From: Gnetum montanum
Lineage: Eukaryota; Plantae; Gnetophyta
Direction: 5' to 3'
Assembly (NCBI GenBank): GCA_015680685.1
Contig: MNCI01002152.1
Span: 497,344-561,343 of the forward strand
DNA length: 64,000 nucleotides
Position numbers and translations under genes: made by a program. Under the pieces are notes generated by a model. That model was not told the DNA's origin. It did not search any database and saw only the letters and a list, made by a program, of their open reading frames with translations. Positions 38,490 to 52,965 of this stretch are shown piece after piece. Numbering within the stretch: the stretch's first letter is position 1; every line of letters begins with the position of its first letter.

Positions 38490-39944
38490 AGAAACACCCT
38501 AAAATTTCAAGGAATCCTTGCTTCATCAGGTCCTTGCAATTTAGGCAGCACTACGGCAGTTCTTTAGAAGATGGATGCTCTAATGTTCAGATTGTCTAGT
38601 CTGGCAAGTTTTCTACTCCTGATGTTGACAGGCCCAATGGACCCTCCAGCCTGCCCACCGGAGTAGTTCATCCAGTTGACAGTCTACTCAGATGTGATGC
38701 ATGAAGTTGTCAGCAGTGCTTAGAATGCACAAAGTAGTTGAGCAAGTTTTCTAAGTTAAGAAGTTTGCTACGCTACGCTACGCTATGTAGCATAGCAGGC
38801 TTTAGAAAACTGTCGTAGAACGAAGTGCTACGTCATGCTATGCTATGCAGCATAGCACAGTGTAGCAAAAGCCAAAGTTAGTTCACTCACCCAACTCCAA
38901 GTCCTTTGGCAATGACTCCTTCCATCAGAAAGTGGCAAGTTTAACGAAGAGCAGGCCATGTTGGCTACTACGCTATGCTACGCTACATAGCGTAGCACAG
39001 CATAGCAACTTTGTGGGAGCGACAAAAGGCATCTCAAAGTGCAAGATCAACACGTTCGCAATCTTTACATTGAAAAGAACAAAGGTTGCAGATTTTTGGC
39101 ATTTCTGTGATTAAGGCCAGTTGCTATGCTATGCTATGCTACGTAGTGTAGCACAACATAGCAAGTAGTTACACTACATCAATGCACCGCAGTTGTTTGT
39201 ACCATTGGCACATATCTCCAAGTTCTAATAGTGTAATTACAACATGGCAGGCTCGTCAATCAGCCCTGCATGTCCATGCAGCATAGACATGTCAACATAA
39301 GATCAGGACACGTGGCGTCTAAACTACATCTTCCACGTGCTCTTTGTCCTATAAATACCCTAATGAGCAATGCTTAAAGGGTTGGCAATTTTGAGCACCT
39401 TTGTGCATAATCGAAAAAATTGGGTAGTTAAGAAATTCTGTTAGAAGCTATCAAAACAAACCCCCTTGTTTTCAGTTAGCTTCTGGTTAAAAAGTTGGAT
39501 TTGTGACATCTGGGGATTTTTGGCTTTGGAGTCCACGTTCAAGCACATTATTGGCTTTCTTTGAACATCCTAGTTACTTTTGGGATCTCTGTGCTTCCTA
39601 GTGTTGTAAAAAAAATTGTATCCACTTGGTAAAGTAAAGTCATAAATTTGAAATGGTGCATTCCCTAACTTCTACTTTGTTTTTCTCTTTATCACTACAT
39701 TTTACATTGTTATCGCCTTCCCACATTCAACAAATATCATTTCATGTTATAAGCACTACTTTCACATTAAACATTTCAAAAAGTTTATAGCAACATTGAT
39801 TAAGTCCCTATCTGATCGACCAGACCATTCAGGATGCCCCGTTTCCATTTTATCCAGCACAGCCCTCACGCGGATCCGAGGTTAAGACTATCATGACCAA
39901 CGACCTCTCGTATTTTCCAACCGTTGATGTTTTTGGTCGCTATA
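38490..39944 (+). repeat. E2 3' LTR (1455 bp; lacks ~250 bp present in the 5' LTR)
   Basis: Colinear with the 5' LTR except for ~22620-22885; TATA at ~39349. Confidence 0.92.
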
Positions 39945-39949
39945 GAAGG

Positions 39950-41534
39950 CCTATTGGAAAATGGAGGTAGGGTACCTAGAATGATCTTGTCAATCAAACT
40001 AGCACTTACAGGTGTTACAACAAAATGAATGATAAGGGTTTACATGGTGTTTGCAACATCTACGGTGCCTACGACGATGAGTGTAGTTAGGGTTTGTAGT
40101 GCAAAACGAGGGTTCAAATATGTGAATATGTGAAAAATACCAAAAACAATGCAAGTAGAATGCTAATATACAAGAGAAAATGCTAGAAAATGTGCAAGAT
40201 GTAAGTGAGAGAGAAAGCAACACAACCCCAAACAAGGGGAGCATAGTTAACTACAAGTAAAAGGTGAGGAGGTACACAATGTATAGATAGGCATAGTAGG
40301 TAATGTAGTCATAGTCTCAAGGTCTCTAGGCTACAAAAACCAACATCCACCATGAAGTCTGAGTTGACCAAGTTGGCCATCATGGTGTCCTATAGGTTGC
40401 AGTGGTCTGCAATATGTTAGACACTGTACAATGGTGTTGCGGTATCTCAAAGTTTACCAAAATGCCAAGTGCTCTAAGATGTCAAATGCCAAAATGGCAA
40501 TTGAATGCAAGAATTTCCAACCAAATTCTTCAAATGAAAACCCCTAAAACATGAAAAAATATGGCATTTATAGGGCTAGGGAGAGCACAAATTGTGGATT
40601 AGGTGCCACATGACAGAGGGGTAGTTGGGACTATGCTAGCCCCAACTACACTCCCACTGAAGCAAATGGTGTTCTACTAGTGTGCTTCAATGGACCTTGT
40701 GAGACTGCCAAGCTATGACTATGTTGCTAAGACTATAAATGTGAGTGTCAAACAAACTACCAAGTACCTGAAAATATGAAAAATAGTGTAGTTTTGGAGA
40801 CTATGCTCCGGGACTATGTTGTCCACTCTCTCAAGTGGTATTAAGAATAGGTACAATTTAGGGGTAAATGGGGGATGCAAATAGAATGAAAATTGTTGAT
40901 CTTGCTTGTTGAAGGAATGTTGAGCTAAGATGCTAGTTGATGCTATGTTCTAGAGGCTTCTGGAGGCTATTTTACATGACTACATTGACTACACTCTAGA
41001 GCATAGTTCAAGAGTTAGGAAAATTTTGCAAAACTTAAGTTTTAGTGCTGACTACATTGACTACACTCTAGAGCATAGTCCTAGTAGTGAGAGTGTAGTC
41101 TTGGCAGTTAGAAAAATTTTACAAAATTGGTGTCTTCATGTAGATTACACTAACTATTCTCTAGAGTGTAGTCACCGTAGTTAGAAAATTTGCAAAACTA
41201 TTTCTTCCATCTTGAGCTAGATAGATAGCTTCTGTCTTGACACTTAGGCAAATTTGCAAAGTAGTTATTAGTCTATATACTATGTTGACTACACTCTAGA
41301 GCATATTCCTAGTAGGAAGAGTGTAGTCCAACACTTAGAAAAATCTATAGTTGCTTTCAACACTTAAAGAAATCTTGCAAAACTTAACTGCTTATGTCAA
41401 CTACACTGACTATGCTCTAGAGAGTAGTTTCAACAATGGACACGTAGTCCCAAGACTTAGAAAAATTTGAAAAGTTTTGAACCTTAGACAAATTTTTAGT
41501 TAAAACTTGGAAGCCCAAATTTGATGGTTTTTCA
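39950..41534 (-). repeat. E3 3' LTR, main part
   Basis: Colinear with 57914-59514; minus-strand TATA at ~40567. Confidence 0.9.
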
Positions 41535-41548
41535 ATGGCCCCTCTTTG
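41535..41548 (-). other. Polypurine tract (E3)
   Basis: Minus strand CAAAGAGGGGCCAT, then the LTR start TGAAAAACC. Confidence 0.8.
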
Positions 41549-42149
41549 TTGATGTCTAGAGGAGTGGCCCTAGAGACATCAACAAAGAATGCAAAACACT
41601 GCAACAAGCCTGACATCAACATTGCTCATTAGTACTTGACTAGATGTCTCTTTTCCATGCTCAAAAGTACTAAGGGTAATAGTATGTTATAGGCAAAGGA
41701 TGTAGGGAATGTGCTAGGGGATAACAAGTGAGTGAAATGCAAATAGTGTGATACTACAAGATGCAATACCAAGGTGGCTTGTTGCCAAAATAGTAAGCTC
41801 TTATCGTAATGCTTATGAGAAGGTCAACATCCATGGCATCAGAGTGGCTTTCCCCTGAAGTTATGACCTCTTGTTGGAGTACTTGTAAGAAGGTCGATGT
41901 AGATTCAGGGTTGGACTAGTTGTGAAATAGTAGATTTGCTAATTTTTCTTGGGGAAATATTTTTCCCCATGATTTTACTCTAATTTTTTAAAAGTTTTTT
42001 TCTTTTTTTATTTACGAGGTGAACCTACTTTGGGTTCTACACATTGCGAGATGCTAACTATAGGTCACCTTGCATCAGGTGGGCTACATGCCACCTAACA
42101 GGCCTTGCTTCTATACAACCATGTCATGTCTATGGGATAGTGTCTCCTC

Positions 42150-42970
42150 CTTGAGATGAGTTGCATTACATTTTCTTAGGCTTTGACTAGCCCATTAAGG
42201 CTTCCCATGGAATAAGTTGCATTACGTCTATAGTGGGTTCTATGGTTGACAAAAAGAAGGTATCATGTGCATCAGAGAGGTTGCAACCTCAGTGATGCAA
42301 GGAAAGGTAAGGGAATGTAAAGTGCAATGGGTAATAGGGATGTGCACTCTTGAGTGGCTTAGCTACTCTGACCATGCACATCAAGGTAATGTGATGACTT
42401 ACTGCTATGATGAGGTGTGTCTCTACATGACCACCTCCAAGGCTTCATCCTACAAGCACAACTTAGAGAAAATAAGAAAGTAACCACACAACATGAGATG
42501 AGAGTAAAATATTGGATGTGAGGATGCTGAAAGTGCTACGAGTGCTAGAATAATTGAAAGAGCTTGAAGAGCCATTACAAGAAAGCTAGTGTAGGTGCTA
42601 GAGCAAGAAGGCTATAAAATCTTTAGTAGCCACATCGATGGCAAGTGCCTGAGCAATGGCAAGAGACCCAAAGTGTCGATGAGATAATGGGGGCCATAAT
42701 GCTACCACTACTCCAAAGGATTGTGCTAATGATGAGAGCTCCAAGTAACAATGAAATCCCAAGGATAGTAATGCTACAGGTGTGGCCTAGAGCTAGTAGC
42801 ACTGGCAACCATGGTAAGAGCTCTAGAAGATCAGCAAAATGGTCAAGGGAAACTCTAGAAGATTAACAAAATGCTAAAGGATAGTGACATTGTAGATATT
42901 TCATAGGCTACTCCTAATGATAGGAAATCCATTTTGGAATTGTAGTATCTCCATCCCACCCATGAGATGT
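42150..42970 (+). pseudogene. E3 3'-region antisense ORF (decayed)
   Basis: Homologous by eye to E2 37165-38041. Confidence 0.5.
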
Positions 42971-43039
42971 TGGTGAATGGCACAAAGTTGGAAGTGTTAT
43001 CACTTGCTTATCTATAAAACTATGTGTGTTGAACTGTGA

Positions 43040-43450
43040 AGCCAATTTAAGGTCTTGGTCGATCATGATGTGCTAGTCTATAGTCCTATCAGATTGTCAT
43101 ATGTCAATTTAACATCATAGCAAATGATGGATGTTGTGCCATTTAACATCATGACCAAAGGATAGGCTATGCCAGTTTAGTTTCATAGCATATAGTTTGT
43201 GCTAGTTTATAGTCATAGTAGACTTTCTGTGCTAGTTTATAGTCATAGCAAACTAGAGGTTTGGTTGCTAGTTTAACATTTTAGTGGATGAATGCTATGC
43301 TAGTTTATAGTCATAGTGGATAATCTATGCTAATTTATAGTTGTAGCAAACTTTGGGTGTGGATTCTAGTTTATAGTTGTAGCAGCCATGCTATGCCAAT
43401 TTATAGTCATAGTAAAACTTGTTGTGCTAGTTTATAGTCATAGCATACTA
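43040..43450 (-). repeat. Repeat array A3 of E3 (TGCTAGTTTATAGTCATAG on +)
   Basis: About 13 units, ~30-36 bp period; reverse complement of the E2 A3 motif. Confidence 0.85.
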
Positions 43451-43488
43451 TTACTTGCCTTGCCTCATTTGATATGTGATGTTGCATA

Positions 43489-46400
43489 CTAGTTGTAGTA
43501 TGGATTCAGATACGAGAGGTTCACCAGATTGCCAATTCATTAGTGTTGTGGTCAACAAGCTTGAATGCCTCATTGTCATAAGCCTTGAATAATAAGAAAG
43601 GCCTTTCCCAGTTGGCTAAGAATTTGTCCACAAGTTCATGGATGATGTTGAGAACTAAGTTCCCTCTCGTGATTGGGCATTGATGTTGATTGTGATGGTG
43701 CTTCTACAATTGCATTTTTTGGTACCACTCAATTTGATCAAGAATCAGCATGCACTCCTCCTCTATCGATTCGAGGTCCATGGTCTCAACTTGTCATTTT
43801 GAGCTTCATTGATGAAGCTTGACAAGATTACATGGAGCAATGGGACCTAAAATTCAAGAGGTAGAATGGATTCAAACCCATAAACCAAATTGTATGACAT
43901 CTTATCTATTGTAGTTCTTCATGTCATGTGATAGGCCCAAAGTGCATAGGTTAGTTGCTTATGATATCATTACTTGCTATTGCTAAGCATCTCCTCCAAA
44001 ATGTTGATGATTACCTAGTTTTGGCTTTTGCTTAGTCATTCACCTATGAGTAGTAGGACAACAAAAATAAATTTTTAATTTCAAAGTGCTTGCAATTTTT
44101 TTTGGTCCCAAAACTACTAAACTGTGGCCTATTATTTGTGACTATGATCATGGGTAAACTAAAACAAGTCATAGTGTTGTCAAGTATGAATTTGCAAACC
44201 TGTTGTGATGTAGTCTTCCTAAGGGGGATAGCCTCAACCCACTTCATAAAATACTTAGTTGTAGTTATGATGAATCTATGCCCTATGGAGGACATAGGTG
44301 TTATTAACCCTATGATGTCCAATACCTAGCATTGGAATGACCACGTGATCTACATTTTTTGTAGTTCAGTAGGTGGCATGTGCATTAAGTTACCATGCCA
44401 TTAACACATGTTGCATGTCTTGACCTTAGAGATGAAATCATACTCCATGTAAGGCCAATAGTAGCCTTTGCATCTTATTTTTGCCACAAGTTCCCTAGGT
44501 GCTATGTGGCCTTCCTAGAGTCCCTCATGGACTTGCTCAACAATCATCTATGCTTTGTTGTCGCTAATGCAGGTCAATAGTATGCCATCATAGGATCTGT
44601 GGAACAAAGTGCTATTACCTACAATTATGTACTACCATGATCATTTTCACACTACATCCTTTTTAGCAATGGTTAAGTGCTACAAAGGTTCACCCTATAG
44701 AAGGTATGACTTGATGTTGTTGTACCACTCTACTATGTGGGTTGTGCTTATTGTGGCTATAGATGAAATATCGATTATTTGTGTGATAGGAATAGTGCAA
44801 TCTACCACCATAGTTGGCAATGTGTGAAATAGTTCAAGTGCAATGCTTAAGGCTAACATCACTAAGGCATTGGCAATGATGTTTTCATTGCAAGGGATGT
44901 GCTAAACATTAGTAGTTGCAAATTGTTTAAGCAAGTGCTTTGATAGGTCACATTAAGGTTGTAAGTGTTGGGCTCTATAAGCATAAACCATAGTAACCCG
45001 GTTAACAACTAGTTGTGAATCGCCTCAGACTACTAGGTTTTGTATTCCTAGGTCATGAGCTGCTAAGATGCCATGGAGGAGACCCTCATACTTTGCCACA
45101 TTGTTGGTGCATGGAAATGCAAAACAATACACAAAGGATTGAATCTCCCTAGAGGGGAATATGTTTATGACAGCAATGCTACCCCCTTGAGAGGTTGAAG
45201 CATTATTGAAATATAAGAGTACCTCAAGTTTGTCAGGCACTTGACTTATGCTAGTGACATGCTCATCTAGAAATTTTGGATCTATTATTGTTTGATCATT
45301 GATTGGGGAAGTCATAAGTTGAATGGCTATTTCTTGGCCTGTGGTTGATGCTTATGTAATGTAATGCAAGTCAAATTCCATAGTTATTTCTTTCCAATGT
45401 GCAATGCAACTGCTTTCATAAATATTCATTGTAATAGCTTAGATTACACTACTTTTGCAAATGATGTTGACTTGGCTATGAAAAACATAATGCCTCCTCT
45501 TCTTAAGTGCAAAGACCAAGGAAAGGTAGTTCTTTTCCACATCATTATACTTTACTTCATAGAAAGCCAATGCATGGCTAAGGTAGTATACCAGGACCTC
45601 TGTATCATCATCTTGCTTTTGGAAAAGTACAGAAGAAATGGACATGTCAGAGGTAGCAAGTTAGATGTAGAATGGTTTATCTCCTTATGGAGGATAGGCC
45701 GTTGGAAGTTGAGCCAGATCCTATTTAAGGTTGTCAAATGCCTCTTAGCATTGAGTCATCCACTCAAAGTGGACTCCTTTCTTAAGCAAATGTTGCATGG
45801 GTTTCAACTAATTGGTTAGCCATGCAATAAATCTATGTATGAATTACAATCTACCTTGTAATCCTTGTAGCTCCTTAAAGTTGGCTAGTGGTTCTAAGTT
45901 GATAATGGCATTAACTTTAGTAGGGTCTATGCATATTCCCACTTTAGATACTACAAAACCTAGCATGTGACTCATCTTGATGCCAAAGACACATTTCTTA
46001 GGATTAAACCTAAGTTCATGCTTTAGGAAACATTTGAGCACAAGGTCTAAGTCATCTACGTGGTTGTCTGATGCTTTGGACTTAACCACTATATTCTCAA
46101 TGTAATCATTGAGTAGACATAATAGGTAATTTCTAAAAATGTATGTCATGGCTTGTTGATAAGTTTCTCCTATTTTCTTAAGTCCAAAGGGTATCATTGT
46201 CTAACACAATGTATTCCAAGGGTTCACGAAGGTAGTACTGAGTTGGTGCTCTAGGTTAATCCAAATATTCTTGTATCTAAATAATCCATCTATAAAGTAC
46301 AACAAGGCATGCCTAGCCATAGTATCGACCAATTGATCAATACTAGGCAACAAGAAATTGTCTTTAATGGTTGCCTTGTTTAGGTCCTGGAAGTCTATGT

Positions 46401-46956
46401 AAATGTGTATCCTTCCATTTTTCTTTTGTATGATCATGATGTTGGAGACCTAGTTTACATAGTCAATGGCCTAGATGAAACTAGCTTTGTAGATCTTAGT
46501 GATTTCATCACAAATTTCCAATGCCACCTCAAGCTTAACCTTGCAATCTTTTTGCTTAACTAGTTTTATGCTAGGATTGAGGACTATGTTGTGTTACACT
46601 ACATGAGGATCTAGGCTTGGCATGTCTTTGTAAGACCATGTGAATGCCTTGATGTTTTTGTTAAGTACTTTTGCAATGTTCTGGGCATACTAAGGCTCTA
46701 ACAAAGAACTAAGTTTCAATATTTTTTCCTCACCACTAAATGTTGCTACAGGGTTTTTAATGAGGGAATTCTTAGTTACATCACTTGCCTCTAGATCTAG
46801 AGCCCTAACTAAATGGTTTGGCTGGTCTAGTGATGCCTCTAAGTATGTTATATATTCATTCTAGTCTATGGACTCAAGGTCTAGGCATTGAAGGTTATGG
46901 ACCAAAGGTGAGTAAAGATGCTCATACCTAGTCATGTTGAAAATCTTGTGATAATC
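43489..46956 (-). pseudogene. pol: E3 pol: RT - RH - aRH - integrase (decayed)
   Basis: IDFQDLNKA, IPFGLKK, YIENIVVKS (YIDD degraded), VYYLSHAL, LYFNNAS..TNNVAKYEGL, MDIIGLI..KWVEAIP..VTNNRPQF. Confidence 0.92.
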
Positions 46957-47089
46957 CTATAAAAACAACCAAAAAAACATCAAGCTGCACCTATCTTAAC
47001 AAGATAAATATGCATAAAATAAAGAAAATTAGTGTAATAAATTTGTCCTAAGTGTATAAATGTGATTTTAAAAGGCAAGGAAACCATGG

Positions 47090-47190
47090 GTTGGTTTTAG
47101 GCCTTGGTAGGCCATGGGATGCTAGTTTAAGGTCTTAGCAAATCATGATGCACTAGTTTAAGATCTTAGTAGACCATTGTGTACTAGATG
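47090..47190 (-). repeat. Repeat array A2 of E3
   Basis: CTAGTTTAAG(G/A)TCTTAG units upstream of RT. Confidence 0.6.
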
Positions 47191-47534
47191 AGAAAGGCTT
47201 GGTGCATCGAAAAAGAAAAATTGGCTTGAGCATTCATTGGGCAACAAGAAAAATTTGAAAAAGTTTTAAGTTTGGGGATGATAAGAAACATCAATTTTTT
47301 TTTAAAGTTTGATAACTATGCTCCCACCCAACTATGCTTTACACTATTCAGCGTAGTCCTAGGGTAGGTGAAAAATTAAGTGGTCCTAGGGATATAAAAG
47401 AATATTTTACCCTTGGGTAAATTTCTTATTATCAAAGTTGAAAATGCAAAATTTTAGAGCATAGCATGGTTGAAAGAGCATAGTCACTAGAATGTCATGT
47501 TGAAGTGGATGTCAACACCCCAAACTAACTAACA

Positions 47535-50500
47535 TGGATGAGGGAGAGTGAGTGCTAGCACACCTACTGTGGGCACATGTGGAGGAGCAAAGGACATCAT
47601 TGTGTGTCAACTATGCTAACTATGCTCTTCCCTTTTGTTTTTTCTACTCTTTTGTTTTACTTTGCTTTGCACAACGGTTTGGGACTTGTGTTGGTGGTGC
47701 CTTGCCATGGTAAGGGCTATCGTTGCCCATGGCTACTTCGATAGCCATGACCATGAGGGACATGCATGTTGGGTAAGCGTCTTATTATAGTGAAGGATTT
47801 TGAAGTTGCATGGGGTTTAACAAGCTATGTAAGGTGCAAGGAAAGGGTTTGTAGGGTTTCATAGTGGCAGTGGCCACCATGGTGATTGGTGTTGTTTTAG
47901 GCCTATATGGGGCCATTGAACATAAAATGGAAAATTTTGTTATGTAGTGGCATGTATGAGGCAAGAGATTTGGGGTTTTGTAGTGGCCTTAGGGCTACCA
48001 CCTGCAAGGCTATGGCACAATGAGTTGCTACAATTTTTTGTTTTTTCTCTTCTACACATGGCAAAGATGAGGGCCTAGCTATGGCACTAAGGCCATTCCC
48101 TACAAGGTAAGCCATGCAATAGAGGGCCTACCCTCTAGATTTTTCTTGCTTTCAAATTTTTTCTAACTACTATGCATGAGGCAGGAATGGTAGCACTGGT
48201 AGTGACCAAGATGGCATGTTGTAGGGTAGGGAACTACCATCTTCCTTTATGTTTTTGAAAGAAATTTTTTTGGCATCTAGCATTAGGGCTGAGGGGAAGC
48301 ACAATGCCCTAAGATGAGGGCACATAATTGTGGGGGCTGTGGGAGGGATGATGTCAAGGTAACATTCCCTACCATTTAGTTTTGAATTACTATGATGAGG
48401 TGATATGTAGAGGTGATGCCATGGGTGAGAAGCAATTTTTTTTTTTGGGCAGGGGATTGACATGGTGCATGGTAGTACCATCAGTGTGGCTGTGAAGGCC
48501 ACGAACATGGCTAGCACTTAATGCATGGGGCATAATGAGATTGAACAATAGGGCATTGTACTGTGTTGTGCTAGGGTGCTGGTCAATGAAGAGGAGAGAA
48601 TTGGGGTAGAAAGAAAACCTTAGTTCACTAGCTACAGCCAAGATCATGCTCTCACCTTGGACGCATAGTTGATGCCAAGTTTCTTTTAAAATTACCCTTT
48701 CTCAATCAATTAGTATTTTTTTGAGCTACACTCTCTGGGGTAGCATAGTTGGTAGTTAGAATTTTTGGTAGTTTAGGACTATGCTCTACAGTCCTTAGAG
48801 TGTAGTTAGTATAAGCAAAAGTTAGAAAAAATTAATGCTTTCTTGGATTATGCTCCCTAGAGAGGTAACCTAGAGTTAGAATTTTTTGTAGTTTTTCAGA
48901 CTATGTTGCCCAAAGTTAGAAAAAATTTTGAAAATTTTTGTGCAAAATGCTAACTTGGAAAACATAAAATGCCAAAGCCACATTGCCAAAGCATGCAAAC
49001 TGTGATGCTTGAGGTGCAAACATGTGAAATAAAATTGCTACTACTATGCAAAATAGGCTATACCCCATTAAGTACCAAGTGCATCAATTGAGTATGTTGA
49101 TGTCCTATGCCCACGAGGCCCCAGTGAGCCCTAAGATATTTATGCTAAATTATACCATTTCATGTTAGTTTCTTACTAAGTTTAATTTAATGTATTTTTC
49201 TTGCCAAAATTTACATCTAGTGTATACTAACACTATGTTTGTTATTTTGTGGTTGTAGGGTGTTGCTGAAACAAGTCCTAATCATTGTGGAGCTCATCAA
49301 CATCCTTTGTTGCATGAGAAAGCTAATGTCTAACATACCTAAACTTGATATGTAGGTGGGTTACCATGCAGTGTGGTTCTAGCTAGGGGCATCTAATTTT
49401 TTGGCATTCCTACTACAACATTTTAGTGTGATGATGTGGTCTCAATTAGTAGAAAAGGCTACAAGTGTCATCACCAAGACATTGCTACTTGGGACCAATT
49501 GGGACATATTGAGATTTATATCTAATGAGCCCACTATCAATGATGGTGGAGTAGGTGGTTTACGGCAAGGCCCTAGAGGTCTTCATCCCTTATCTAGGAT
49601 CTGGTAGATGCCAAATTTCTCTTGCGATAATAATAGCAATACACTCTTTATTGCTCTATCCATGCATATACTATTCCAAAATCCACTTAGAACTATATAC
49701 TGCATTAGAGGGTAAGTGCTCTTATAATTTTTTATTGTGTTTATTGCTACTGGCCCATGCTAAGTTTGCTAACTACTAACTACTCATGCTTAATGCCCAA
49801 TCCAAACTTGAGAGTGAGGGTCTCCACAATGAGGACAAGGCTCTTTCTTTAACTTACACCACCCTAGAGGTATTCTCCTCTAGTCCAAACTTTTAGGAGG
49901 CTATACTTGAGTAGGTGGGAGGTTATCTAAAGAATTAATCCACCTAGTACTCAAAGGTGTTCGAGCGGTGCAAGACCTATGATTGGCTTGATGAGGGGTG
50001 GGCTAGTCATGTGCCCAACTTTAAGGAGCTGATTGCACCACCACCCCCATCTCACATACCATTTGTTCTACATAAGCATCTAGCAGTTGGCTCTTATTGC
50101 TTCCTCACATGCACTTATTGATTTGCCCTTGCATAATGATAACATTGTTTGTGCCTTTGTTGTAGCTATAGTTGCTTCAAGAGAGGTGATGGTTGTCCCC
50201 ATAGGCAACATTAAGGCCACCCTCATCATGAAATATGGTGATGTGGAGGATGTGCAACATTGTTCATGCCATTAGGCCCCAAGGATGTTGACCAATTGGC
50301 TCACACATGCTATGCTAATGGACCTTTTCTTGGCCCTTAGCCTAAGCATTCTGGTGGCTAAAATGATCATCATCATAGACTTCTTCAACAATGACATCTG
50401 CCACTTCGCCACCCACATGCACGAAGTAAGGGTATTTCTAGACTTGGATAAGGCCTTCTTTGCTAACCTATTTTGCCTCCCCATTGATGGCCTATTGTTC

Positions 50501-52965
50501 ATTGACAAGGCCAAAAAATAGGTGGATCATAGAGGAGAGATCCAGGAGTTGCTAGGAGCCACTTGATCTCACAAAAACATCCTAATTAAAGATGTGCATA
50601 TGCATGAGGTCTGAGAGCATTACCCTATCTTTCATGCTCGCACCTTTCTAAAGGAAATCTCTCAAGGAAATATCCTTTCGGTGGAGCAACACGAGTGATG
50701 AAGGAGGTTATGTAGGAGGGAATCATGTTCAATTGGGCCTCCTACATCATCATCAAACTACATGAGAAGATCACTAGGCTACACTACAACCTCTAGGTGA
50801 GGTCTTACATGTAGTTTGCATTCTTCACAGCATAGCTACAAAGGTTAGTGAATCTTCTGGTGGTTCGAGATAGTGGGCAATGAGTAGTGAAAGACTATGA
50901 GTAACTATCTAAGCCTTGGGCAAAGCACATGTTTACAACCACTCACTCACAGGACCTCCCAGAGGGGATCAATGAGTTTTACTCAATGATGACCAAAGTT
51001 CACTTGGGGTAGTCACACTATTCCCATGAAAATGTGGGTGAGTATCCCCTAATTGTTATTAGGGATGTGAACAAGGCCAACCGCAATATTGCAAAAATGG
51101 TGGGGCCCTCCAAGGTAAAGATCAAGAAACCATGCTTGATGAAGGAGGCAACATCTACAATTGGATAGGTGAGAGTCAAGAAGATCTACATAAAGATCCC
51201 AAGCTTGCATACAAATTGTTGCAGGTTAGTGCATGTATATGCAATAATCTTATACATTTTATGTTTATATTTTTAGTGTTTTTTTTTGTCATGCTATGCT
51301 AATGCTAAAAAGCTATATTTGTAAATTAGGTAAGAAGGCTATCAAAGTAGTGGTAGTAATAGTAGTAGAGATGGCCTCTACTCAAGCTGAGGAGGAGGAG
51401 GCACATGAGGTTGTAGAGACCTTCTAGTAATTTTAGGCAAAGGTGCTATTCCACTCCAACTAGGGTGATTCTGCCAACCTCTTTGATGGGGTGCTACTAT
51501 GAAACCCTCTCACTCTCACACCTGAGGGCTTGTTAGGTAAATGCTTTTAAGTTGCCATCTACTATTTCTCTTTTGCTCTCACATATTTGGCTACTTGCTT
51601 GTTCATTATTCCATTATTGGGTTGTAGCCTCAAATGTACCTACTAGCAGTCAATCGTCTACATCCACCTACTACATGAAGCCATGGGTAGAAACAATAGA
51701 AAAGTTTTCCTTCATGGAAGGCATCATGGAGGACATGGTTGACCAGCTATAGTAGGCAAATCCTAAGCCCAGTATGCATATGATGTTGTTTTTCTTATGT
51801 TGCTTTACTAATTTTGATGCTTATCTTGTGGTTGATGTTGATTTTCTTGTTGCATGCCAATAGGTTCTAAGCTACACTAGGATTTAAATTGGCTAGCTAG
51901 AGTAGATACCATCCCCCAGTATCCTCCTAAAGTGAAGGTATCTTGCCATGTCTATGAGGCATCCAAAAAGTGCACACTTGCCTGCATGAAAGCATTATGG
52001 GTTTATAGGTGCTTGAATGAGCACCTATGGAAACATGTGCATGAACTTTGAGATAGAGTGACAAGCTAAGACATGAAGATCAAATACCTTTAGTCCCAAT
52101 ATGACTTTCTTTTGGCTCAGTCATGGGGAGATAGTACCTGGCAAACCACAAAGATCAATTATGCTAGGTACTGTTCAACTATTTAGGGCAAGAATGAGGC
52201 CACCTGGGAAATCATTAAGTAGCAACTGTAGATGGATTTTCTTGCATAGAAAAATCAAGATTGGAATAATTTTAGTGCTAAGGTGTGTAAGTGAGGGAAA
52301 ATGCAAAAGAACCATAAACACCACTATAAGCATGAGCAAGATGTATAACTTCCGTAGCTCAAAGAAGAGTCCATCAACCATCACTACTTTGAGATGTTTT
52401 CTGAGGTGATTGATGGAAGGCAACCTTTGAGACATTTTATCCCCACATAGTAATTAGTGATTCCCTAGAGTGGAAGATCATCACACCCTTAAGGGAGGCT
52501 TCTTCTATCACATTTTCCATGCAGCCATCCACATGGACCACCATGAACAAAGGTAAGGCCCTTGCAAGTGTTGACTTTGGCTAGGAGGACTAGATGCAAC
52601 TATCTAAGGTCAAGATCCTTTGACATTTAGAGGAGGGCCTTGATAGGTTGCCTCTATACATGGTCAATGTGGGATCCTCTTGGGTTAGTTTTTTATGTTT
52701 TTTTTCATGCTTTTGATGTTATTTTGTATATGGTACATTTGTTTACAGGTTTTCATATTTTGTTGCATTGTTTATAGGCACCAGGTGATACTACAGGCTA
52801 CAGTAGTGCAACAGATGAAGATGAACCTCCATCCCCACCTTGTACCATTGGTTGAGCACATCTTGATGTAGCCCTATCATTTGGTGCTAGTGACATAGTG
52901 GATGAAGATGAACCTCCACCTCCACCTTGTACCATTGGTTGAGCACATCTTGATGTAGCCTTACT
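47535..52965 (+). pseudogene. E3 internal multi-exon antisense gene cassette (homolog of E2 28269-32406)
   Basis: Acceptor AGs ending at 49258, 50171, 51329, 51627, 51863 and 52777; donors at 49712, 51225, 51537, 51772 and 52684; peptides conserved with E2. The 5' limit is uncertain. Confidence 0.72.
52813..52963 (+). repeat. ~87-bp tandem duplication in the last antisense exon (DEDEPPPPP)
   Basis: ATGAAGATGAACCTCCA..CCACCTTGTACCATTGGTTGAGCACATCTTGATGTAGCC occurs twice; the same duplication is at 61152-61300. Confidence 0.85.

Larger units (their letters stand above)
21965..39944 (+). mobile_element. E2: full-length Tat-clade Ty3/gypsy element (17,980 bp), TSD GAAGG
   Basis: GAAGG at 21960-21964 and 39945-39949; paired LTRs, PBS, PPT, gag-PR and RT-RH-aRH-INT. 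Confidence 0.95.
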
